Source: an uncultured Actinomycetes bacterium (lineage in GTDB: Bacteria; Actinomycetota; Acidimicrobiia; IMCC26256; DASPTH01). From it: a DNA stretch of 64,000 nt. The stretch lies in contig CAVRGQ010000003.1 in assembly GCA_963720785.1 (NCBI GenBank), forward strand, positions 188,905-252,904, written 5' to 3'. A program made the translations under genes and the position numbers. This document shows positions 28,434-38,465 of this stretch, piece by piece. Position 1 is the first letter of the stretch, and each line of letters begins with the position of its first letter. The notes under the pieces were generated by a model that saw only the letters and a list, made by a program, of their open reading frames with translations, was not told the DNA's origin and searched no databases.

Positions 28434-29492
28434 CCAGTCCCGACCGGCCCGTCGACGTCCCCGCCCTCGCCCGTCGCCTCCCGAAGGTGGAGCTCCACTG
28501 CCACGTGGAGGGTGCGGCGCGCCCGGCGACCATCGCCGACCTGGCGCGCGAGAACGGCGTGAAGCTGCCCGTGGACGACCCGGCCGAGCTGTTCCGCTTC
28601 GACGACCTCGACTCGTTCCTCGCGGTGTACGGCATCATCTGTCAGAGCCTCACCACCGCGGAGGCCTATCGACGCATCACCTACGAAGCGTGCGAGGACG
28701 CCGTCGCCGCGGGTGTGCGTTACCGGGAGATGTTCGTCTCGCCCGGGTTCGCGACGGCGATGGGCGTGCCGATCGAGACGCTGTGGGACGGCATGCGCGC
28801 GGGTCTCGCCGACGCGCACGCCGATCTCGACATGCGCTGCCGCATCGTGATGGACGTCGACAAGCCCGCCGGTGGCGCGGCGGCGATGGAGGTCGTCGAG
28901 TTCGCGGCGAAGCAGGACCGCGACGAGATCATCGGCGTGGGCGGCGACTCCACCGAGCGCGGCGTCGACCACCACGAGTTCGCACCCACGTTCGCGTTCG
29001 CGGGCGCCCAGGGTCTGCGCCGCACCTTCCATGCGGGTGAGGACGGTCCGGTCGACAACATCCGCATCTCGGTCGAGGAGTTGGGCGCCGAGCGCATCGA
29101 CCACGGCTTCCGGCTGCTCGACGATCCCGACCTCACGCGCGCGCGTCGCCGAGGCGGGCATCGCGCTCACCGTGTGCCCGATCAGCAACGTGGTGATCGC
29201 CAACGTGATCGACGACGTCGCGCAGCACCCGTTCGACGCGCAACGGCGTGCCGGTGTGCACGTGACCATCAACTCGGACGATCCCGGGATGATGGGCACC
29301 ACCATCTGCGACGACTACGAGCAGATCGCGCGGGCCTTCGGGTACGACCTCGACACGATGGAGGACCTCGCGCTCGGCGCGATCGATGCGTCGTTCGCGC
29401 CGGCCGACGAGCAGTCCGCGCTGCGCGCGCGGTTCACCGCGGAGATGGACGCGCTCCGCGCCGCCGAGGGGATCCCCGCCCGCTTCAGGTGA
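28430..29492 (+). pseudogene. add: adenosine/adenine deaminase family protein, frameshifted as sequenced
   Basis: GTG 28430 overlaps the upstream stop (GTGA). PKVELHCHVEGA, TFHAGE, RIDHG, then after the (CG)n run 29135-29147 ..ALTVCPISN..INSDDPG.. in ORF 28872..29492. Confidence 0.8.
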
Positions 29493-29700
29493 GCGCCGGG
29501 TCGCGCTCGCGGCCGGCCTGGACGTACCTCGCGACTGCGTCGACGTGCGGCGTGTGCAGCACGGAAGCGTGGTTCCCGCCGACGTCGACGCACGTGATGT
29601 CGGGGACGTGCACCCGCCACTGGTCGGGTGCTCCGGAACCGTCGACGGCGAGGAGCACCACGGGGAAGTCGGCGGGTGACGGTCGGTCAGCGGCGCACGG
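29485..29700 (-). pseudogene. possible C-terminal remnant of an alpha/beta hydrolase or thioesterase
   Basis: ..DFPVVLLAVDGSGAPDQW..VDVGGNHASVLHTPHVDAVARYV.. resembles the last strands and His loop of the fold. There is no room for an N-terminal half before 29840. Confidence 0.3.
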
Positions 29701-29839
29701 CACGCACCGCCAACGCGAAGTCCGCCCGTCGCGCAACGCCGTCCACATCACCTACGAACGCAGCACCGACACGTAGACACACCGGAGGTGAACGGCCGGT
29801 GGAGCGGGCGGTGGGGAGGCTGGGGCCGCGCGTGCCAGG

Positions 29840-30944
29840 ATGCGGCCCGTGAGGATCCCCGAGGTTGCGGCCGACATCACCCCCGAATGGCTGACCGAGG
29901 CGTTGCAGCCCCGGCATCCGGGCGCACGGGTGGCCGGCGTCGAGATCGTCGGCAACGACGAGGTGACCAACCAGCACGTCCGCCTGCGCGTGACGTACGA
30001 CGAGCCCGCCGGCACGCCCGAGCTTCTCTTCGGCAAGCTCCTGCCGCTCGACCCCGACCGACGCGAGAGCATCGCCTTCACCCGGATCGGGCCGCGCGAG
30101 GCGCGCTTCTACGCCGAGCTCGCGCCGCAGCTCGCCCTGCCGCGTTCCCGAGGTGCACGTGGCCGCGGTCGACGCCGAGGAGCGCGAGTTCGTCGTGCTG
30201 CTCGAAGACCTCGACGACGCGGGGTGCCGCGTCTCCGACGGCACCTGGGGCATCAGCCCCGACGGCGCTGCGCAGGCGCTCGAGGACCTCGCGGCGATGC
30301 ACGTGCGCTACGAGGATCCGGCCCGGCGCGCGGCCGAGGCCGCGTGGGTACCGCCCTACTCCGCAGGCGGCACGTACGCAGTCGACCGCTTGCAGTTCGC
30401 ACTCGACCACCATCGCGACCGCATCAGCGACGAGTTCCGCGGGTGAGCGAGCTGTACATCGCGCACCGCCTCGCGGTGCACGACCTCTGGACCGGTCCCG
30501 ATGTCACTGTCGTGCACGGCGACACCCACATCGGCAATCTGTTCGTCGACCCCTCGGGGGGCAGTGCCGACCTCGACGGTGGACGCGTCGGCTTCTACGA
30601 CTGGGGTGTGATCCACCTCGACCAGCCCCTCCGCGACGTGAGCTACCTCCTGCAGATGGCGATGCAACCCGACGACCGGCGCACCCACGAGCAGGATCTG
30701 TTGCGCCTCTACCTCTCGGCACGCGACGCGCTCGGCGGCGCGTCGATCGCGTTCGACGACGCGTGGGCGCAGCACCGCCTGCCGCGCCGCGTACACCGTG
30801 GTCGCGAGCTGCCAGGTCGTGACCTTCCCCGACGACATCAGCCGGCAACGAGAAGTGTTCGCGAACGCGTTCCTCGCGCGTGCCGAGGCCGCGGTGCACG
30901 ACCTCGACGCCGTGGACGCGCTCACGACAGCATTGGAGGAGTAG
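29840..30944 (+). pseudogene. phosphotransferase (APH/CHK kinase-like) family protein, three frameshifts as sequenced
   Basis: MRPVRIPEVAADITPEWLTEAL.., then VPEVHVAAVDAEEREFVVLLEDL.. (ORF 30153), then ..VVHGDTHIGNLF..GFYDWG.. (first frame again), then AYTVVASCQVVTFPDD..ALEE* (TAG 30942-30944). Confidence 0.8.
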
Positions 30945-30949
30945 TGGCC

Positions 30950-31622
30950 ATGGACGTGTTCGCCGCCTACGAGGCGACCCGCGACCGCATGATCGAGGTT
31001 GCCCTCGACGCCAGCGACGGTGAGCTGGGTGCCCGCGTGCCGAGCTGCCCCGAGTGGAGCGCGCACGACCTCGTCGCGCACTGCGCGGGGATCCCCACGG
31101 CGCTCACGACCGGTGCCGGTCCCACGGGCGACATCCAGGCGTGGCTCGACGGCATCGTGGCCACGCGCCGCGAGGTGCCCGTCGCCGAGCTGGTCGAGCA
31201 GTGGCGCGGCTGTGGTGAGGCCGTGCGTCCGATCGTGGAGGGCAGCGGAGGCATGCTCGTGGTCGACGTGCTCACCCACGAGCACGACCTGCCGCGGCGC
31301 GCTGCGTCGCCCCGGCGACCGGGACACGCCCGAGCTCCGCGCCGGGTTGCAACTCTTCGCCGACCTCCTCGCCACGAACGTTGCGGCTGCGGGCCTGGCG
31401 CCCTTCGCCGTCGAGTGCCCCGACGGCACCCGTGCCGCGTCGGGTGCCGGGGAGCCGGGGTGGACGCTGCTCGTCGAGCCGTGGGAGGCGAGTCGCGTCC
31501 TCGGCAGCCGACGCACCGCGTCCGAGGTGCTGGCCGCCCCCGCTCGGGGTGACGCGCAGCCCTACCTCGCGGTCCTCGAGGGTCACCTGCCCCTGCCCGA
31601 GGAGTCCCTCGGCGAGGGGTAG
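30950..31622 (+). pseudogene. DinB-like / mycothiol maleylpyruvate isomerase N-terminal domain protein (TIGR03083-like), frameshifted
   Basis: ATG 30950 after ggaggag. MDVFAAYEATRDRM..WSAHDLVAHCAG..VLTHEHDL, then RGALRRPGDRDTPEL.. in ORF 30999..31622. Junction at CTGCCGCG 31289-31296. Confidence 0.8.
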
Positions 31623-31666
31623 TCGGTTAGGGTGCCCGGCTCGTACGGCATGCACACGGGGGGAAC

Positions 31667-32431
31667 ATGGGGACGATCGACTGCGGACCCGATACCGGGG
31701 TCGTGATCACGGGCGGCGCGTCAGGAATCGGATTCGCCACCGCCAACGCCGTGGCCGCGGCCGGGCGTCCCGTGGCCATCTGGGATCTCCGCACCGAGAC
31801 CGCCGAGCAGGCCGCGGCTGCGGTGGCCTCGGAGCACGGCGTCGCCACCATCGGCCTCGCGGTCGACGTGCGGGCGTCCTCGATCCTCCCCGACGCGGTG
31901 CGCCGGTCGGTCGACGCAATCGGCACCGTCGGCGGTCTGCTGCATGCGGCGGGCGTTCCCGATCCGGTCGCCGTCGACGTCATCACCGACGAGGCGTGGG
32001 ACGCCCTCCTCGCCGTGAACCTGCGCGCCTTCCCGATGTTGTTCCAGGCCCTGCTGCCGGAACTGCTCGCCAACGCTCCCCACTCGGCGGCCGTCGGGAT
32101 CTCGTCGATCTACGGCATCATCGCCGGCCCCGCGAGCCCGGCCTACGCCGCGTCCAAGGCGGGCCTGCTCGGCGTCGTCCGCTCGATGGCGGTCGCCTAC
32201 TCGGAGCGCGGCATCCGGGTGAACGCGATCTGCCCCGGCTTCATCGACACGCCGATGATGCCCGAGACCGCGGCAGTACGCGAACGCATGGCGCGGAGCG
32301 CTCCGATGGCGCGCCTCGGCCGTCCCGAGGAGATCGCCACCGCCGCTCGCTTCCTCCTCTCCGACGACGCCTCCTTCGTCACGGGCACGCAACTCGTGGT
32401 CGACGGCGGGGTCGTCATCGCCGATCTCTGA
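31667..32431 (+). CDS. SDR family oxidoreductase
   Basis: 254-aa intact ORF. VVITGGASGIGFA, Y-x3-K (YAASKAGL). Confidence 0.88.
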   Translation: MGTIDCGPDTGVVITGGASGIGFATANAVAAAGRPVAIWDLRTETAEQAAAAVASEHGVATIGLAVDVRASSILPDAVRRSVDAIGTVGGLLHAAGVPDPVAVDVITDEAWDALLAVNLRAFPMLFQALLPELLANAPHSAAVGISSIYGIIAGPASPAYAASKAGLLGVVRSMAVAYSERGIRVNAICPGFIDTPMMPETAAVRERMARSAPMARLGRPEEIATAARFLLSDDASFVTGTQLVVDGGVVIADL

Positions 32432-32477
32432 CCTTCTCTCCGGCCTCGCTGCCGCTCGTCCACCTGGAGACACCACG

Positions 32478-34037
32478 ATGACCGACACTCCCCTTGGGTT
32501 CTGGAAGATCGCCGAGGCGAACCCCGACCACCTCGCGCTCGTCACCCCCGACGAGGAGGAGATCCGCGCCGGCGACCTGCTCGCCACCGTGAACCAGCTC
32601 ACGCACGGCCTCCGCGAACTGGGCCTGCAGCCCGGCGACGCGGTCGCGATGCTGCTGCCGAACGGCGCCGAGGTGTTCGAGCTCTTTCTCGCGCTCGGCC
32701 AGGCCGGCATCTACCTGATCCCGATCAACTGGCACCTCGTGGGCCCCGAGATCGCGTACATCGTGCAGGACTGCGAGGCCAAGGCGTTCGTCGCGCACTC
32801 GCGCTTCGCCGACACCGCGAAGGCCGCGGCCGACGAGATCGACTTCCCCGCTGAGGGTCGCTTCGCCGTGGGCGGCGCCATCCCGTCGTTCCACGCGTAC
32901 GAGGAGCTGAAGGACGGGCAGCCCACGACCACGCCCGCCGACCGCACCGCGGGTCTGGTGATGAACTACACGTCGGGCACGACCGGCCGTCCCAAGGGTG
33001 TGCGGCGCGCGCTGCCCGGCGTCGACCCCGAGACCGCGGGTGGCGGCTTCGGCGGCATGCTCTACCTCTTCGGCGTGCAGCCGTTCGACGGCAACGTGCA
33101 CATCATCGGGTCGCCGCTGTACCACACCGCGGTGCTCGTGTTCGGCGGCGCGTCGATCCACATCGGGCACACCGTCGTGGTGATGGACAAGTGGACGCCC
33201 GAGAGCATGCTCCACCTCATCGACACCTACAAGGTCACCACCACGCACATGGTGCCCACGCAGTTCGTGCGCCTGCTGGGCCTCCCCGAGGACGTCCACG
33301 CGAAGTACGACGTCTCGTCGACGCGGCACATGATCCACGCCGCCGCGCCGTGCCCGCCGCAGATCAAGCGGCAGATGATCGAGTGGTGGGGCAACTCCAT
33401 CGACGAGTACTACGCGGCGAGCGAGGGTGGCGGCACCTACGTGACCGCCGAGGAGTGGATGCTCAAGCCCGGCACCGTCGGCAAGAAGTGGCCGTTCTCC
33501 GAGGTCGTCATCCTCGACGACGACGGCAACGAGCTGCCCGCGGGCCAGATCGGCACCGTGTACTTCCACATGCCGTCGGGCAACTTCGAGTACTTCAAGG
33601 ACGAGGAGAAGACGAAGAACAGCCGGTCGGGCAAGTTCTTCACCGTCGGTGACGCCGGCTTCATGGACGACGAGGGCTGGCTGTTCCTGTCGGACCGCAA
33701 GATCGACATGATCATCTCGGGTGGGGCGAACATCTATCCCGCCGAGATCGAGAGCGAGCTGATCATGCACCCGAAGGTCGCCGACGTCGCGGTGTTCGGC
33801 ATCCCGAACGACGACTGGGGCGAAGAGGTCAAGGCCGTCATCGAGCCGGTCGAGGGCGCGACCGGGGGGCCCGAGCTGGAGGCCGAGATCATGGCCTACT
33901 GCGAGGAGCGCCTGGCGAAGTTCAAGCGGCCCAAGACCATCGACTTCACCACCGAGATGCCGCGCGACCCGAATGGCAAGCTCTACAAGCGCAAGCTCCG
34001 CGATCCCTACTGGGAAGGGCGCGAGCGCTCCATCTGA
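32478..34037 (+). CDS. AMP-dependent acyl-CoA synthetase/ligase
   Basis: 519-aa intact ORF with AMP-binding motif YTSGTTGRPKGV, ..GDAGFMDDEGWLFLSDRKIDMI.., ..PRDPNGKLYKRKL. Confidence 0.9.
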   Translation: MTDTPLGFWKIAEANPDHLALVTPDEEEIRAGDLLATVNQLTHGLRELGLQPGDAVAMLLPNGAEVFELFLALGQAGIYLIPINWHLVGPEIAYIVQDCEAKAFVAHSRFADTAKAAADEIDFPAEGRFAVGGAIPSFHAYEELKDGQPTTTPADRTAGLVMNYTSGTTGRPKGVRRALPGVDPETAGGGFGGMLYLFGVQPFDGNVHIIGSPLYHTAVLVFGGASIHIGHTVVVMDKWTPESMLHLIDTYKVTTTHMVPTQFVRLLGLPEDVHAKYDVSSTRHMIHAAAPCPPQIKRQMIEWWGNSIDEYYAASEGGGTYVTAEEWMLKPGTVGKKWPFSEVVILDDDGNELPAGQIGTVYFHMPSGNFEYFKDEEKTKNSRSGKFFTVGDAGFMDDEGWLFLSDRKIDMIISGGANIYPAEIESELIMHPKVADVAVFGIPNDDWGEEVKAVIEPVEGATGGPELEAEIMAYCEERLAKFKRPKTIDFTTEMPRDPNGKLYKRKLRDPYWEGRERSI

Positions 34038-34046
34038 CCGGCGGGT

Positions 34047-36523
34047 TCAGTGTTCGCTGCGGTCGATCTCGTCGATTGCGTCGATGGCCGCCTCGATCTC
34101 GTCCGCCGAGGTGACCGAGCCGAACCAGCGTCCCTGCGCGTGGATGCCGAGCGCGCGCGCGCCATCTCGGCCTGGTCGGCGTCCTCCACGCCCACCGCGG
34201 TGACGGTGATGCCGAGGCGCCCGAGTGCGATCACCACGCCGGCGAAGAGCGCATCGGCGAGCTCGTCGTCGCCCAGGCGTGCCACCACCGACGGGATGAT
34301 CGCGATGCGGCCCACCCGCAGTCGGCGCGCGGGATCGATGTCGAAGCGTTCGGGGAGCTCCACGTTGTCGAGGCCGACCGAGAAGCCCGCTTCGTGGATG
34401 CGATCGAGGGTGGCGAGCTCGGCGGCGGCGAGTGCAGTGAGGTCGCGGTTGTCGAACTCGATCGTGACCCGCTCGGGTGACACCGCCGCCCGCGAGAACA
34501 ACATGACCAGCGACTCGGCGACGCCCTCGTGGCGCAACGTCCCGCGCGCGAGGTTCACGCGCAGCTGCAGCGGCTCGCGGGTGCGGTGCCGGTCGAGGTC
34601 GGCCACCGCGTTGGCCGCTTGCTCCACCACTGCCAGGTCGATGGCCGCCTGCACCGTGCGGTCGTGGACGAGGTCGAGGAAGGCCTGCGCCGGTTCGGGC
34701 GCGTGGCCGGGACGGCACCATCGGGCCAGCGCCTCCAGTGCGACGACCCGGCCGGTGCGGGTGTCGATCTCGGGCTGCAGGTAGGCGGAGAGCTCGCCGC
34801 GGCTGACCGCGTCGTCGAGCAGGCCCGCGAGCACGGTGCGGTGCCGGGCGTCGGCGGCTCCGCCGTCGCGGTAGTGCACGTACCGGTTGCGACCCGCCCG
34901 CTTCGCCTCGTAGAGCGCGAGGTCGGCCTGGCGGAGCAGTTCCTCGGGATCGGAGGTGGCAGTCTCGCTCGCGACCGCGACCCCGATGCTGGCGGACACC
35001 TGCACGGGGAGGCCGGCGACGTCGATCGGCGCGTCGAGCGCGGTGAGGAGTCGACGGGCCACGACGTCGACCTCGTTGGTGCTCGCCACGCCGGTGACGA
35101 GCACGATGAACTCGTCGCCGCCCTGGCGGCCGACGAGATCGGCGGGCCGCACCACGGATACCAGGCGCTCCCCCACCGAACGCAGGAGTTCGTCGCCGCC
35201 GCGGTGGCCGAAGCCGTCGTTGATCTCCTTGAAGTGGTCGAGGTCGAGATAGAGCACGCCGACGGTGCGATCGGCGCGTTCGGCGGTCGCCAGCTGACGA
35301 CGCATCGCGTCGAGGAGCACGCGGCGGTTGGCGAGACCGGTGAGGGGATCGCTGCCCGCGGCCGCGACGAGCACCTCTTCCTCGTGGTGCGCGTCGGTCA
35401 CGTCGCGCAGGAGGAGCAGGACGTGCTCGGTGGCGCCACCCTCGCCCCGTTCGGGCACGAAGCGCAGCTCCGCCCAACCGCGCCCGAGTGCCTCGGGGAG
35501 GCGGAACACCTCGATCGCACGGGTGCCGTGTACGAGGACCCGACTCAGCTGGTGGGTGAGCTGGTCGCCGGGCCCGAGGAAGCGGGCCACCTCGGCGAAG
35601 GACTGACCCTCGGGCGGGGCGAACACGGAGCCGAAGGAACGCGACCACGCGTCATTGGCGAACACGACCTCGCCGTCGTGGCGCACCCGCAGGATCACGT
35701 CGGGCGAGTCGTCGATGAGCGTGGCGAGCAACTCCCGGTCGTCACGCAGCTCGGCGAGCAGGCCCATGTGCTCGGTGATGTCGCCCGCGATCGACACGAG
35801 GCCGACGACCCCGCCGGCGTCGTCGTAGAGCGGGCCGACCTGGGTCGAGTAGACGCGGGTCCCGCTGCCCGTGATGGGCACCTCCACCAGGAAGGTCACG
35901 GACCGGCCGGTGCCGAACACCGTGGCCCGGGCCGCTTCCATCTGCGCGCACGCTTCGGCCGGCCACCCGATCTCGGCAGCCGAGCGACCGACGAACTCCG
36001 AAGCGGGAATCCCGGTGACCCGCTCGATCGTGTCGTTGACGTATTGGAGCCGGAGGTCGGGGCCCCACCTGCCGATCACCGCAGGCGAGTGCTCGAGCAG
36101 CGCGCGGGCGAAGGCGTCGACCTCCTGCAGAGACTGTTCGCGCTGCGCGAGCGCAACCCGCCCGGCGAGCCCCTCGGCGAGTGCCTCGAATGCGACCAGG
36201 ACCTCGTCCGTCCATGGGGCGGCGGCTGCACCCGGAGTGACGCTGAGGACCCACGTCGAGTCCCCGCTCGCCGCGGGGAAACGCCGCGGTGTCCCGGGCG
36301 CGACCGCGGGATCGCGCCAGTCGACCAGCGGTGGGCCGTCGTCGCCGAGTCGCCGGTACTCCACCGCCGAGAGCCCGAGGGAGCCCCCGACCGTCGCCAC
36401 TTCCGCCGCGAGCGTGGCGCCGAATTCGCCCGGTCCGGCGGAGGTCACCCGCGCGGCCATGCCACCCATGACGCGGATGAGGTCAGCGGACGACAGTCGC
36501 GGTTCGTCGCGCTCCTCCGTCAT
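34047..36523 (-). pseudogene. PAS-GGDEF-EAL signalling protein (c-di-GMP turnover), frameshifted near the 3' end
   Basis: PAS regions, ..RQGGDEFIVL.. (GGDEF), ..VVALEALARW.. (EAL). After the (CG)6 run 34150-34162 the tail LGIHAQGRWFGSVTSADEIEAAIDAIDEIDRSEH* is in the frame ending at 34047. Confidence 0.82.
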
Positions 36524-36599
36524 GGGTTCATCCTCGTCGTGGCTGCTCGGCGGTCGACAGTGGCGAAGTGCCTGGAACGGACAGGCCGGGTTGACGGTG

Positions 36600-37550
36600 T
36601 CAGCCCCCGCGGCTCGCGAGCATGCGGCGCTTGAGCTCCGAGACGTCGCGCATCACCGCCGAGACGTCGACCGGGTCGTCCCACGAGCTGCCGGCGCACT
36701 CGCGGTACACCCGGTGCACGTTGGCGGCGAGGCGCCACGGCTCGTCCCAGGTGGCCCGGGGCCCGAGGTCGATGCCCGCGCAGCAGTCGAGCACGCTGTC
36801 GCCGGCGGCGAAGCCCGCTCGGGCGTGGTCGCGCACGTCCTCGAAGTAACGCCGGGCCTCCGCCACGCCCTCGACGCCGCAGACCGGGCCGTGGCCGGGC
36901 ACGACGTGCTCGGGTGCCAGCGCCTCCACCCGGGCGAGCGCGCCGATCCACGCCTCGGTGCTGCCCTCCCAGCCGATCGGCGTGCACCGGTGGAAGAGGA
37001 CGTCGCCCATCAACACGACGCCCTCGTCGGGCAGGTGCACCACCACGTCGCCCTCGGTGTGGGCGGGACCCACCACGAGGAGGTCGACGCGCACGCCGTC
37101 GAGGTCGAGGGTGGTGTCGTGGTCGATCACGTGCCCGGGCGCCCGCAGCTCGATCCCCGAGAAGTCGAACGGCGCCAGTTCTTCGTGGAGATCGCGCAGG
37201 TGCTCGGGCGGCTCCGCCATCGTGCGGATCGCCTCGACCGACGCCGGCTGCACCTCGGCGAACCGTTCGACACAGCCGCGGTGACCGATGATCTCCGCGT
37301 CGGGGAACAGCTGGTTGCCCCACGTGTGGTCGCCGTTGTGATGGGTGTTCACGACCCACGCCGGCGCGTCGGGGTGCACCTCGGCGTAGAGGTCCACCAT
37401 CTCGCGCGTGAGCGCGAGGTCGTAGAGCGTGTCGACCACCAGGCCGCCGCCGGCGGTGACCAGGCCCGAGTTCGAGAAGCCGAGCCCGCGCTGCGACTGC
37501 TCGCACGCGTACACGTGCTCGGTGAGTCGGCGGCGACTCAGCCCGCTCAT
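36600..37550 (-). CDS. MBL-fold metallo-hydrolase
   Basis: ATG 37550 (MSGLSRRRL..) with ..VVNTHHNGDHTWGN.. (H-x-H-x-D-H). The ATG overlaps the upstream stop (ATGA). Confidence 0.85.
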   Translation of the reverse strand: MSGLSRRRLTEHVYACEQSQRGLGFSNSGLVTAGGGLVVDTLYDLALTREMVDLYAEVHPDAPAWVVNTHHNGDHTWGNQLFPDAEIIGHRGCVERFAEVQPASVEAIRTMAEPPEHLRDLHEELAPFDFSGIELRAPGHVIDHDTTLDLDGVRVDLLVVGPAHTEGDVVVHLPDEGVVLMGDVLFHRCTPIGWEGSTEAWIGALARVEALAPEHVVPGHGPVCGVEGVAEARRYFEDVRDHARAGFAAGDSVLDCCAGIDLGPRATWDEPWRLAANVHRVYRECAGSSWDDPVDVSAVMRDVSELKRRMLASRGG

Positions 37551-38465
37551 CTGCCGTCCCCTTCCATCGGGCGACGCGCGAGCAGGACGTCGCGTCCGAG
37601 GACCGGCTCCACGAAGGGCGTGTAGTCGGGGCCCTTGCGCAGCGAGTGACCGCCGTCGACTGCGATGATCGTGCCGGTGACCCAGCGCGACTCGGGGCCT
37701 ACGAGGAAGCGCACGAGGTCGGCGACGTCGTCGGGCTCCCCCACGCCACTCCCGACCGCGCCCATCGGCGTGTTGTCGACGTAGCTCGCGAACACCTCGC
37801 CGTCGCGCGGGATGCCCTCCATGATCTCCGTGCTGATGAAGCCGGGGCGCACCGCGTTGAAGCGCACGTTCACCTCGCCGTACTCGTCGGCGGCGTTGCG
37901 GATGATCTGCTCCACCGCGGCCTTGGCCGGGCCGTACGCGCCGCCGTAGCGCTTCGTCATCCCGCCGGAGATCGAGGACATGCCGATGAACGAACCGCCT
38001 CCGGCTGCGACCATCGGGGGCACGGAGTGCTTCACCAGCAACATCGTACCGATCGCGTTGAGCTGCACGACCCGGGTGAACTCGTCGAGGTCCTGCAGGT
38101 GGTACGGCAGACGCGCCGCCCCCGCCACCCGCGTTGGCGACGACCCCGTGCAGCCCGCCGCGCCCACCGATCGCGAAGTCGACGAGCGCGCGCACCGCGT
38201 CCTCGTCGGTCACGTCGATCGCGAGGTGGCGCACGTGGCCCGCATCGGCTGCGCCCGCGAGCGCTCCGTTGATGCGGTCGGCGGTGGCCACGAGGCGCGC
38301 CTCGGTACGGGCCGCGATGACCACGTCGGCGCCGTCGCGTGCGAGCCGCTCGGCGCACGCCGCGCCCAGGCCGGTGCCGCCACCGGTGACGACGACGGTG
38401 CGGCCGGTGAGCGCACCGGCACGCCAGGCCCTTCCGGTACGTGCCGGGTCAGCCGGCTGGTTCAT
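37547..38465 (-). pseudogene. SDR family oxidoreductase, frameshifted as sequenced
   Basis: MNQPADP..VVVTGGGTGLGAA..VVANAGGG, then ARLPYHLQDLDEFTRVVQLN..YGPAKAAV.. in ORF 37547..38167. Extra base in homopolymer 38119-38123. Confidence 0.8.
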
